Source of the DNA: the human T2T-CHM13v2.0 reference genome, Homo sapiens
Direction: 5' to 3' (one strand)
DNA: 64,000 nucleotides
Assembly: GCF_009914755.1 (NCBI RefSeq)
Contig: NC_060928.1
How positions within the stretch are numbered: position 1 is the first letter of the stretch; each line of letters starts with the position of its first letter. Made by a program: the position numbers and the translations under genes. Shown piece after piece: positions 1 through 13,111 of the stretch. Under the pieces are notes generated by a model. It did no database searches. It was not told the DNA's origin and saw only the letters and a program-made list of their open reading frames with translations.

Positions 1-16
1 TAAAAACATCTAAAGA

Positions 17-261
17 AGGAGATCAAGACCATCCTGGCTAATACAGTGAAACCTTGTCTCTACTAAAAATACAAAAAAAGTAGCCGGGCATAGTGGCGGG
101 CGCCTGTAGTCCTAGCTACTCATGAGACTGAGGCAGGAGAATGGCGTGAACCCGGGAGGCAGAGCTTGCAGTGAGCTGAGATCGTGCCACTGCACTCCAG
201 CCTGGGCGACAGAGCGACACTCCATCTCAAAAAAAAAAAAAAAAGAAAAAAAAGAAAAAAA
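17..261 (+). mobile_element. 5'-truncated AluY
   Basis: Starts at AGGAGATCAAGACCATCCTGGCTAA; has AluY-type GAATGGCGTGAACCCGGGAGGCAGAGCTTGCAG and an A-rich tail; short TSD CTAAAGA at 10-16 and 262-268. Confidence 0.9.
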
Positions 262-1738
262 CTAAAGATTTTATTTAACTAAGTTATTAGTAAAAAAAAT
301 CATTAGGTCTCATTTTAGAATTCACTTGGCACACATGAAAAGAGGTGACCTGTTTTTCATTGTTTTTTTAAATGACTTAGAGCTTTTATTTACCTAGTGA
401 ATTTCCGATTCACTTGTACTTTATCAATTTGTGACTTTGCCAACTGGTGAGCTTTCATTTTAGGGCTTCGCTGAAGTTTTCTTGAGACAGGCTGTTATGA
501 TAGCATCTCTAAGTGCTGCAATATGACAAGCTTCCAAGACAGTTGTAAAACAATTAAAATTGTCACTAAAATGTCTTGGCTGGAATTCATATTAACATGA
601 ATAAAAGGAACTCAAGAGTCTCAAATGTTCTTACTTGAGTCTGTAGTGTTACTTGGTAAAGATTTTACGTTTTTTTCCCATCATATCAATCAATAGTAAA
701 CCCCAATCCTTTCTTTTTGGACTGAGAAGTATGCAAGCATTTTCATACCACATGATATTATCTTTCCAAAAGCTACTTGTAGATGTAAAATAAAATCTGA
801 ATTGTTTTATTTTGCTCATAGTTAGTAAATGACACATTCTGTGTCTGGGTGAAAATCTTTCTCTATAATAACCACTGATATCTTGAGATTGTAATATTTG
901 TTACTAGTACCAAGACAGTTTCATAGGCACAATCTCTTCGACTGGCTCTTTTGCAGCTCTTTGGGACCCTTGAATAATATAGAGACAGAATCTTAGGAGA
1001 TGTTAGCAGTATCACAGGTCATACCTTATGACAAGCCTTAACAATAGTGTGTCAGGAGACTCTCATAAAAAATCATTAGATGGATACTTTAGCTGCAAAT
1101 TATTTCCTCTGGACACTGTTCTGTCCTCTTTATCCATCATCATAACAGTTTATATCACATAATGGTCAGCAAGAACTGTCAAAGGAGCAGATAGGTAGAT
1201 TACTGATGAATGCCTTTCCTGATATTCTCGTTTTTCCTATGACAGTCTGTGATCTGTGTTATCCCTGGTTAAGTTGTGGTTACTACCAACTCCAAATTCC
1301 AAATGATATTTCATATTCTGTGTGTTCCGCCAATGCCCAGTATTACATGGTATTAGGGGGAACATAATCCTTTGCTCAGCCAACTCCAGACAAAGTCTGC
1401 AGAGCTTCTCCTTGAGATGAGCAAACTTGGAATGTAAGGAAAGTTACTGTTCATCATAAACATTTTTAACTAGTGGAAAAAGATAACATAAAAGTCCATA
1501 TGCTTTCAGAAAGTAATTTTCATTGTGGAAGCTTCTGAGTAGGGCATACAAAGGAACATAAAACCTGGTGATGCCATGAAGCAGCTCTTTGCACAGTTGA
1601 CATCATTTCTCATAAAGTATTCCCTTTTAAGTCATCCACAGTAGAAATCACAAAAGAACAGAGATCAAGTACTGGTCTCGTTAGTCAGAGATTGTGGGTT
1701 CGTACCTCATTTGGTCTGGGATTTCTTAGTCACAGGGG

Positions 1739-1769
1739 TGTTTTAGAAGGACCATGTTTTAGAAGGACC
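1739..1769. repeat. 16-bp-period tandem duplication (TGTTTTAGAAGGACC x2)
   Basis: Identical 15-mers at 1739-1753 and 1755-1769. Confidence 0.9.
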
Positions 1770-1775
1770 CTGGAA

Positions 1776-2001
1776 GAACAGGGTTTTTGGATTCAACAGA
1801 CTTAGATTAAAATCACAACCCTAGCTAGCTCTTTTATCTCAGACAATTTAGTTAATATTTTGATTTCAGTTTTCTTATTTATAAAATTAAGATGATGATA
1901 TATACTTCTTAGGTTTGTTGTGAGGAAAAATTAAAAGAGTGTTGAAGAGCCTAGCCCACACCTGGCATACTGTCAGCACTCAGAAAATCATGGCTATTAT
2001 T
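1776..2001 (+). mobile_element. MIR SINE
   Basis: Core TTTCAGTTTTCTTATTTATAAAAT...GTTGTGAGG and tail CCTGGCATACTGTCAGCACTCAGAAA. Confidence 0.7.
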
Positions 2002-2980
2002 TTTACTATTAGCATGAGACTCAGAAACTATGGGCCTGTTATCTCATTTGCCTGGTTTTATTTCATATGTGGATCTTATGCTGAGATAGCTGACTAGGCA
2101 TCCAGGCTTGGCCACATCTTCTAAGTATATTTTAATCAACTCTGTAGTGTCTGTTTCTTTGTTAACCTCAAAGAGACTATTCTGAAAAACAAGTATTATT
2201 CCCTCAAATTAACTTCCCAAATCATTTTTCGAGAATATAATTCATATATTAATGTTAAAAGTAGTGTTGTGTATTCTTTAAGTTTCTTCGATGTTCTAGA
2301 TTTTCAGAGTCATGAGTAACAAATGCTCTATTGCTGTATTTTGCATGTTCTATCTAATTTCCTTGACTAGCCTCATCAAAATTTTGGTGATTTTTACACA
2401 GTAAAACTGGGATCAGAAGTTAAACACTGGGTGGGATTAAGATTCAATTCACAGTAAGAAAAACAAAACCTTTGTATGTAACATAAGTGTTTTCATTATT
2501 CCCTATATAACACCACAAAATGGATAAAAATCTTTGTATAACAGTTTAAAATAATTTAAACATCCAGACTAGGAAATAAAAATGAATTAATAATGGATAA
2601 TAAATTTTTATTTCTTATATTGTGTTACAATTATATAATTACATATATAATCACACATTTAATAAATATGTATAATATCTTATTCTGATATGGATATAGA
2701 ATTTTACAGTTGATAAATCTTTTTAATTCAAATCATTCTATTCTATTCTTAAAACAAAATTCTTTGGGATAATGATTACATCAATTTTTTAAATGGAAGA
2801 CTAATGCCAATGAGGAATACAAGTCGCAAACCAAGATTTGATAGTAGTTCTCATTTACATTTTACCACATCAGGCTGCCTCATGATGGGATATGTTGCAA
2901 TCTATGAACCCACTCTCCATTTTGGGGAGTTTCTTCACAGCATCCTTTTCTTCTCTCAGTCTTCTTGTGGCTAAATTTAG

Positions 2981-3043
2981 GCACACATGTATACATACAT
3001 GCACACACACACACACATGTGTGTATATATATATATATTTGTG

Positions 3044-3087
<44 letters not shown>
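2981..3087. repeat. Compound (CA)n/(TG)n/(TA)n microsatellite
   Basis: Directly visible alternating purine-pyrimidine tract. Confidence 0.95.
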
Positions 3088-3088
<1 letters not shown>

Positions 3089-3419
3089 TGCCTTCCAAAT
3101 TTGAGGGATAAAAAGTAGAATGTAATAACATGACTCAGTGTAAAACTGCACCTTCAGTTTTATCCTTGTGTATTTATCATTGCATGTTTATTTATTTATA
3201 AATTTTGTATAACATGTAGCTAATTTTGAGCATTGGGTAATAAAGGTGGGTTAGGGTCACTTTTTTTGGTGGAAGTTGATGTTGGAAGGAAGGTGAGACA
3301 GTCTCATATAAGAAACTATGAATCATAGAGTCTCTACTGTTACACATTGCTGCTGATGAGAATTTTGTTGTCCAGGACAATTGTCATTCCTTTGTAAGTG
3401 ACTATGTTTTAAAGGATGT

Positions 3420-3443
3420 TGTGTGTGTGTGTTTGTGTGTGTG
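3420..3443. repeat. Interrupted (TG)n microsatellite
   Basis: Directly visible. Confidence 0.85.
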
Positions 3444-3887
3444 TTTAATGTGGATTAATTTTACTTTTATATTCCTGCATATGGCTAGGCCTTCTCCTTC
3501 AGACCCTGAACATCACTATCTTTTGTAAAATAGATACAGTAAAATAGATATAGGGATAGTAAATAAGAAATGCTCTTACTTCACTTGAAAATTTTAATGT
3601 GATTTCAGAGCAGATATGAGGTTGATATGGTACGAAGGCGCACATTTAATATTGGAGTCAACTAAGGTCCTATTCATTTTATTACCAATATCCCAAACTT
3701 GTTATATAAACTCTTACCTTATATTCTAAAAGGGGGGTAATAATACCTTCTATTGTAATTTTAAAACACAGAGTTTTGAGATGTGTTAAGAATCACAGTG
3801 CCTTGCACTTAATTTAGTAAAAGTTGACCCCCTGCCACCTTTTCTTTCTCTTCTGATTAATAGAGGAGTCTACTACCTCAAACATTT

Positions 3888-4682
3888 ATTACTGATTTGT
3901 GTGGGGAACATTACAAATCTTCTAGTTATTTTGAAATATACTATAAATTCTTGTTATCTGTAATCATCCTACTGTGCTACCAGACACTATAACTTATTCA
4001 TTCCATCTGAATTTTTATACCTATTAACTAACATCTCCTCCTTCCCTGCTACTCTTCCCAGCCTCTGGTAACCACTATTCTACTCACTGTATTCATGAGA
4101 TTAATTTTTTTAGCTCCCACATATGAGTGAGAATGTGTGATATTTGTCTCTCTGTATCAGGCATATTTCATGTGACATAATATCCTCCAGTTCCATCCAT
4201 GTTGCTGCAAATGACAGGATTTCATTCTTTTTTATGATTGAATAATATATTATTGTGTATGACAATATTTTCTTAAGTACTCATACATCGATGGACATTT
4301 AGGTTGTTTCCTTATCTTGGCTATTGTGAATAGCACTGCAATAAATATGGAAGTGCAGGTATTGCTTCAATATACTGATTTCCTTTCTTTTGGATACATA
4401 TTCATCAGTGGGATGGGTAGATTATATGGTAGTTCTATTTTTAATTTTTTGAGAAACTGCCATATTGTTTTCCATAGTTGCCATGCTAATTTACATTCCC
4501 ACCAACAGTATATGAGTCTCTCCTTTCTCCACATCCTTGCAAGCATTATTTTCTGTCTTTTTGGTAAGAAATAGACATTTTAACTGGGATGATATATCTT
4601 TTTATGGTTTTGATTTGCATTTCCTTTATGATTAGTGATGTTGAGCATTTTTTCATATTCCTGTTGGCAATTTGTGTGTCTT
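3888..4682 (-). mobile_element. L1MA-type LINE-1, 3' segment of a 5'-inverted element
   Basis: L1MA 3'UTR motifs (CCCAGCCTCTGGTAACCACTATTCTACTC, TTAGCTCCCACATATGAGTGAGA) followed by the ORF2 3' end in antisense. Confidence 0.85.
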
Positions 4683-5536
4683 GGAAGACTTAGTATTGTT
4701 AAGATGTCCATACCGCCCAAAGTGATCTACAGGTTCAGTGCAATCCCTACAAAAATACCAATGACATTCTTCACAGAAATTTTAAAAATGAAATGATCCT
4801 AAAATTTATATGGAACAACAAAACACCTCAAATAGCCAAAGCAATTTTGAGGAAAAAGAACAAAGCTGGAGACATCATATTACCTGACTTCAAAATATAC
4901 CACAAAGTTATAGTAACTAAAATAGCATGACACTGGCAAAAAAACAAAAAAAACCCCATAGACAAATAGAACAGAATAATAGAATAGAGAACTCAGAAAT
5001 AAATCTTACTCATTTATAGCCAACTCATTTTCAACAAAGGTACCAAAAACATACATTGAAGAAAGGACAATCTCTTCAATAGATCATGCTGGGATGTCTG
5101 GATATTCATATGCAGAAGAATGAAACTAGATTACTCTCTCTCAATTAATACATAATAAAATCAAAATGGATTAAAGACTTACACATAGGATGTGAAAGTA
5201 TGAAACTACTAGAAGAAAACATTGGGGAAATGCTCCAGGACAGTGGTCTAGGCAAGGTCTTACTTTTCAGTAAGACCTCAAAAAACACTAACAACAAAAG
5301 CAAAAATTGACAAATGGATTACATCATGCTAAAAGGTTTCTTCACAGAAAAGGATACAATCAACAAAGTGAAGAGACAATCCACAGAATGGGAGAAAATA
5401 TTTACAAATTATTCACTCTACAAAGGATTAATACCCAGAATAGATAAGGAACTCAAATAACTTAATAGTAAAAAATAATAATAATCCAATTTAAAAATGA
5501 GCCAATGTTCTTAAGACAATTCTCAAAAGAAGACAT
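4683..5536 (+). mobile_element. L1MA-type LINE-1 ORF2, inverted 5' segment
   Basis: Sense ORF2 (AAAGCTGGAGACATCATATTACCTGACTTCAAAATATAC...TTCTCAAAAGAAGACAT) ending where the adjacent minus segment begins in L1 coordinates. Confidence 0.85.
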
Positions 5537-5589
5537 GTCACATTGTTTTCAGATAATTTTTAAATTGGTTTTCCTTCTGAAGATACTAA

Positions 5590-5730
5590 AGTTTTGGTGG
5601 CAAGAGCACTGAATTTTGGTTCTAGACCATGGGTTCTAGAATCTACTGTAATACTAGGCTTACATAATTTCAGCTATGAAATGCAGGGTTTGGATTTAAT
5701 GCTTTGTAAAATTATTTATAGCTCCAATTT
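5590..5730 (+). mobile_element. MIR/MIR3 fragment
   Basis: GGTGGCAAGAGCACTGAATTTTGG...GGGTTCTAG...ATGAAATGCAGGGTTTGGATT. Confidence 0.5.
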
Positions 5731-6139
5731 TTTTTATTAATACTTCTCTATTTTCTGAGGAAAGATTTAACATGATATCCTTTACAGTGTCCTATAGGTT
5801 TAATAACATTATAGCCTATAATCTAATTTTCAAAAGTAGTTTTCAAGTACTTTTTCACATGTATGTCAAGTTATGGTTATAATGCTAAATAAATAATCAA
5901 AAGGTTGAAAAAATAAAGCAATTAAAATTTATTATAATAACTTCCAAAGTGTACTGAAAACTAAGGATTTTATCTTTCACTTGTGGCTTTCCAAAGGTGA
6001 AAGAGAAATCAATAAAAATTCTTACATTATTAATGCCATTTAAAACAACACACCAAATCAACAATGGCTTGGGTAGTATATATGCATCAAATTCTTCTTG
6101 TTGATAAACATAAAGATATCTTTGAGCTAGAGGGCATAT

Positions 6140-6266
6140 GGTTCCTACTGTCATTTTACAAATAGAAAAGAAATCAAAAGCCCAGATAGTAAATGACTGA
6201 TTCAAGGTCATAGAATGAAGTATTACGACTATATTCCAGTCTTCTTGACCACTAGACAATAATCTT
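6140..6266 (-). mobile_element. MIR fragment
   Basis: CATTTTACAAATAGAAAA...AAATGACTGATTCAAGGTCATAG. Confidence 0.6.
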
Positions 6267-7509
6267 AATTCATCAGGTGGCAAATACCCAAATCATATTT
6301 ATTGGTTTATAAGTTTGTAGCCATTGCTTACGATCATTAAAAGGAATATAGAAGTCATTGTTCAATGTTTCCTGAAAAGTCTTTCAAAAAAATCTTACTG
6401 ATCCCAAGCTTTTCTAAAGTATTAATAACTTGCTGGACTAACTGATTTCAATTATTTCTATAAAATATAATTACTGGTTATTCCTGCTGACTGTAAATTA
6501 GAACTATTCAACTACATTTTAGCTGCTGGGCAATTACATTATTTCTACAAGTAAATTATTTTATTTTCAAGAGTCTGTTTTTATTAATCTTAAATATGAA
6601 TTATTACCCAATTGTTCTTGTTATAGAAACAATATGTCATTTAGTTAAATATTGTAGAAAATTGTTTAAAATATAATTACGTGATTTTTATTTAAAAACT
6701 AAGTTGAATACTTGAGACAGTCTCAATAAGGATCAGTCACTAAAAAAGATGAAAAAATCGTAACAGTCTCAGAGATTCTGCATTCAGATTGATAGGCAAA
6801 TGTATTAAATTCTAGTGGTGCTTTAAAAATGCCAAAGCTAGACATCAGAAACAATTAGTGGATATATAGTATGACATCTGCAAAAAAGTGTAGTTAAACA
6901 TGATTTTTTTTAAATGTCAAAGTTCGAAATGGTATAACTATGGGCAGACTTTGAAGCTATAAATATTTCAGTTGATCATATAGATGACATTACTTATATT
7001 TCTATACCTACTTTATATATACCACAAGAGACCTACTTATTCAGTCAAATAAGACATTGTGTTTAATATAGAATTTAAGAAATATATAAAAATACTCATT
7101 ATAATTAAATCTTCTATATTTAGCATTGCAGATTTTTAATTTACTCTGTAAAATAATGTTATATAAACTGTTACTAGTATTAGCCTAAACACACTTTAGT
7201 AATATATGTTTGTGACTTTATTTTTTTATAATTAAGCAAATATACATACGTTTAATGTAGTAGCACAATTGCAAATAGTATGTTTCACTATTCATTAGAG
7301 GGATAAGTTATTATGCACAAAAGTTAAAATAAAATGAAAATAATACTACAACTTAAGGATCTATTTTGAAATTATGAAATTGACATCAGCAAAATAAAAA
7401 CATTTTGTTGAATATTTTCTTTCTTTTTTTTTTTAGAATAAAATTAACTTTTATTATGTTGAAAATTGTGACAAAGAACGTTTAGTTTACTCTGGTCTTA
7501 GGGAACTAT

Positions 7510-7930
7510 TTAAATATAAAAAGCGATGGGATTACATGGATTCCGTGAAAAGTTAAAGCTTCTGTACATTAAAAATTCCTAAAATTAAAAGATAAACTTC
7601 AAATTGGCATAAAATATTTACAACTGATATGATAGAGAATTAGGATCCTCATTTTGAAAATAATATTAATGAAAAAACTGGATAGAAAACGTCACTAGAA
7701 GAATCACACACAAAAAGATTGTATATAGTGAATAAACATGAAAATTAGTCAAATAATTACAATAAAATAATGAAAGGTAAATCAAATCACCACCAAAGAT
7801 AAATAATACTGAAATACTATTGGTTGAGTCTCAATTTTTTAGTGACAATAATGCTGTTCAGGGTATGGTAAGATGGAGATACTTCCTAATGGGACTAAGA
7901 ATTGGTACAACATTTATGGAAAGCAGTTTA
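7510..7930 (+). mobile_element. Old L1M (L1ME-like) ORF2 3' fragment
   Basis: Degenerate AAAGCTTCTGTACATTAAAA...AATAAACATGAAAA...AATTGGTACAACATTTATGGAAAGCAGTTT. Confidence 0.55.
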
Positions 7931-8739
7931 TTCTTATTCTTTTTTTTTTCTTTTTTTTCTTTCTTTTTTATTTATTTATTTATTATTATTATTAATTTTT
8001 TTATTATACTTTAAGTTTTAGGGTACATGTGCACATTGTGCAGGTTAGTTACATATGTATACATGTGCCATGCTGGTGCGCTGCACCCACTAACTCGTCA
8101 TCTAGCATTAGGTATATCTCCCAATGCTATCCCTACCCCCTCCCCCCACCCCACCACAGTCCCCAGAGTGTGATATTCCCCTTCCTGTGTCCATGTGATC
8201 TCATTGTTCAATTCCCACCTATGAGTGAGAATATGCAGTGTTTGGTTTTTTGTTCTTGCGATAGTTTACTGAGAATGATGATTTCCAGTTTCATCCATGT
8301 CCCTACAAAGGACATGAACTCATCATTTTTTATGGCTGCATAGTATTCCATGGTGTATATGTGCCACATTTTCTTAATCCAGTCTATCATTGTTGGACAT
8401 TTGGGTTGGTTCCAAGTCTTTGCTATTGTGAATAATGCCGCAATGAACATACATGTGCATGTGTCTTTATAGCAGCATGATTTATAGTCCTTTGGGTATA
8501 TACCCAGTAATGGGATGGCTGGGTCAAATGGAATTTCTAATTCTAGATCCCTAAGGAATCACCACACTGACTTCCAGCATGGTTGAACTAGTTCACAGTC
8601 CCACCAACAGTGTAAAAGTGTTCCTATTTCTCCACATCCTCTCCAGCACCTGTTGTTTCCTGACATTTTAATGATCACCATTCTAACTGGTGTGAGATGG
8701 TATCTCATTGTGGTTTTGATTTGCATTTGTCTGATGGCC
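7931..8739 (-). mobile_element. Young 5'-truncated LINE-1 (L1PA2/L1PA3-like)
   Basis: T-rich tail, then TTATTATACTTTAAGTTTTAGGGTACATGTGCACATTGTGCAGGTTAGTTAC and CCACAGTCCCCAGAGTGTGATATTCCCC; GAG (non-Ta) 3'UTR diagnostic; ORF 8208..8450 is the ORF2 C-terminus. Confidence 0.93.
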
Positions 8740-9185
8740 TAACACTACTTGCTCCACTATGGCAAACCTGAATGTCATTGAGATTGACACCAATCTTTGT
8801 TTTTGTCTGTTTCTGTTCTGTGTACTGTAACAGAAATGTTTCATGTTTATGCACTTTGTTTTGCAAGAGCACTTCACATATCTCTGCCCAGTTCCAAAGT
8901 ATTACCGAGTAGCAGAAGACTACAGTCATTTCCTTATCTTTTTAAATGTCACCTAACTCCAGGAGATGTTTTTGCCATGTTGGAAACAGCAGTCTAGAGC
9001 ACAACTGTTTTAAAATCCCATCTCCTAATTTTAAATGATAGAACGTGACACTTCTTACTTCTAAAGAAACTGTTAATATGTAACAAGTGTCTTCTCAATC
9101 ACTATTGAATTCAAAAACAGGTACTCAATCTATAAATCATTGTTCTACTGGGAGTACATTTTTGTTGAGTGACATTTTTCTTAGG

Positions 9186-9230
9186 TTGTGTGTGTATGTG
9201 TGAGTGAGAGAGAGGAAGAGGGAGAGAGAG
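9186..9230. repeat. (TG)n-(GA)n simple repeat
   Basis: Directly visible. Confidence 0.8.
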
Positions 9231-9280
9231 TCAGTCTTAGCCTTCATCTCTGATTTTATATCTGTTTTCCTCCCTACCAT

Positions 9281-9356
9281 TTCCCTCCCCTCCCCACCCC
9301 TGCCCTCCCTTCCCCTCCCCTCCCCACCCCTGCCTTCCCTTCCCTTCCCCTCCCCT
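9281..9356. repeat. C-rich polypyrimidine tandem repeat, 30-bp period (~2.5 copies)
   Basis: TCCCCACCCCTGCC at 9291 and 9321; G-runs on the minus strand. Confidence 0.85.
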
Positions 9357-9432
9357 ACAGCCTCTCCTTTCCTTTATGTCAACCATTGTGACATGCAGTG
9401 TTTGAATGACTTCATAATCAGAAATGATATGC

Positions 9433-9837
9433 TGTATTAGTTTGCCAGGGCTGCCATAACAAAGTACCACAAATTGGGTGGCTCAACAACAGAAACATAT
9501 TTTCTTATAGTTCTGGAGATTATAAGTCCAAGATCAAAGCGTTGGCAGTTTTGGTTTATCCTTAAGCTTTTCTCCTTAGCTTGTAGATGGCTATCTTCTC
9601 TCTGTGTTCTCACGTGATCTTTCCTCTGTAGTTGCGCATACTTAGTGACTCTTTTTGTGTCCACGTTGCCTCTTTTCGTAAGACACAAATCAGGTTGGTT
9701 GAGGACCTACCCTAATGGCCTGTTTAAGCTAATCACCCCCTTAAAGGCCCTATCTCCAAATACTGTCACATTCTGACATGCTGGTGGTTAAAGCTGCAAC
9801 ATACACATTTTAGTGAGACACAATTTAGCCCCTAACA
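9433..9837 (-). mobile_element. MaLR solo LTR (MLT1B/MLT1C-like)
   Basis: TGTATTAGTTTGCCAGGGCTGCCATAACAAAGTACCACAAA...GACACAATTTAGCCCCTAACA with TG...CA ends. Confidence 0.85.
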
Positions 9838-10022
9838 TGAGGATTGCAAGCTATTCCACAAAATAAGATTGGGCAACACTCTACAAATGAAACTATTGGA
9901 AAAATAGTTATAATGGGAGAGTTTAGCCATTGCTACAATCAGCCACATCCAAAACCCTAAATGTGTAGGAAACTAAAGAATTTGAGGTTTCCTCAAAAGC
10001 ATATCATAGTGGCCCAGGTGGA

Positions 10023-11369
<1,347 letters not shown>

Positions 11370-11627
11370 TTAAATGACTTCCCAGAAAAAAAAAAGAATT
11401 AGTAAATGTAAATTCATAGACTAGTAAATAGTGTCATACTCTATCTGATAAAATAGAAGAATGTGTTGGCAAAGATGCTGATGGTACATACAGAAGCTAG
11501 AGAAAAACAGCCAAAAGGGTAAGAATTTGATGTTACATTTCTAGCAATGTAATGGTCTGAGGTCAGAATGAAGGGATTATTAAGCTTTCTGGCTACTAGA
11601 AAAATATGTCCTCTCTTATGGGCCTGA

Positions 11628-12044
<417 letters not shown>

Positions 12045-12940
12045 TGAAATTCAATTTCTCATGCGTTCTAACAATGCGAACTTCATGAAGAACAAACATA
12101 AATATTCTAGTTCTAGGGAACGATAACCCCAAGTTTTAAATGAATAGAGTTGCTTTCTGGTTTAACTATCTACCATGAGCTCCAAGATAGTCTTGCCCAA
12201 GTAGGCAGCCATTTTCTTTGGAATGTTCCTTATAGTGCTTACAACTTTAACTTCAGCACACTCATATAATAAGCACTGTTGAGTCTTATTCTGCCTATTC
12301 TCTAAAAAAAAAAAAAAAAAGCAAAGCAGAACAAAAAATAGTATACATGATTCAGTTCTCAAATTCCACCAGCTGTTTTAAATTTTTTTTGAAACCTCTA
12401 GTCCAGTCTTAATATTTAATCACATAGCATTTTGTATGGCATTTTGAAACAAACTGAAAAACACTAAATTCAGCTTATTTGAGCTTTTTGTTACTCTAGA
12501 ACCTTGAACTACTGCTCACTCTATTCTTATATCTTTGCAAATCTCACTTCTTTACATATTCCATGTCAAATGTCAACTCCTCCAAGGATTTCTTGACTAC
12601 ACTTGTTAAATGACCACTCATTCCCATCCCCAGTCACTACTGCATAGACAAATGACTGACACTAATTGGGGTCAGGGAATATTTATTTACTAAACAAAAT
12701 CAACAAATCAATGAATCCATTCTGGCTTCTATAGCATATTTGAAGAATGATAGTTAACAACACAATTTCTATATAATATTTATTTATAAATGTTCATGTT
12801 TTAGGTAAACATTGCCTAAAAGTTGTAGATAATCCCTAAATATTTTCCTATGATTTATATAATTTATGAATTCATACTATCTTCTATTGGAAGACAAGTG
12901 ATTTTTAGCTTCTAAAGAGTTCACTTGTCAATGAATTCTT

Positions 12941-13111
12941 CAGTGATTCTCAAAGTGTGATCCCCAAAACAGTAGCATTAGCATCACCTACAAATCTATT
13001 AAAAATAAAAATTTGAGGCCCCACACAGGAACCACTGAATCAGAAACTCTTAGACTGGGGTCCAGTTATCTGTGTTTTAACAGACTTTCCCAGTAACTCT
13101 TGTCAACCACT
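12941..13111. mobile_element. MER5A hAT-Charlie DNA transposon relic
   Basis: CAGTGATTCTCAAAGTGTGATCCCC...ACTGAATCAGAAACTCT...TCTGTGTTTTAACA. Confidence 0.8.

Noticed and set aside
629-837. 62-aa minus ORF near a GTAAGA donor-like site
   Set aside because: No convincing acceptor, the ORF stops before the donor, and no protein similarity is recognisable
2870-3151. ORFs with CV/YI/HT repeats (also 24693-24939)
   Set aside because: Translations of dinucleotide microsatellites
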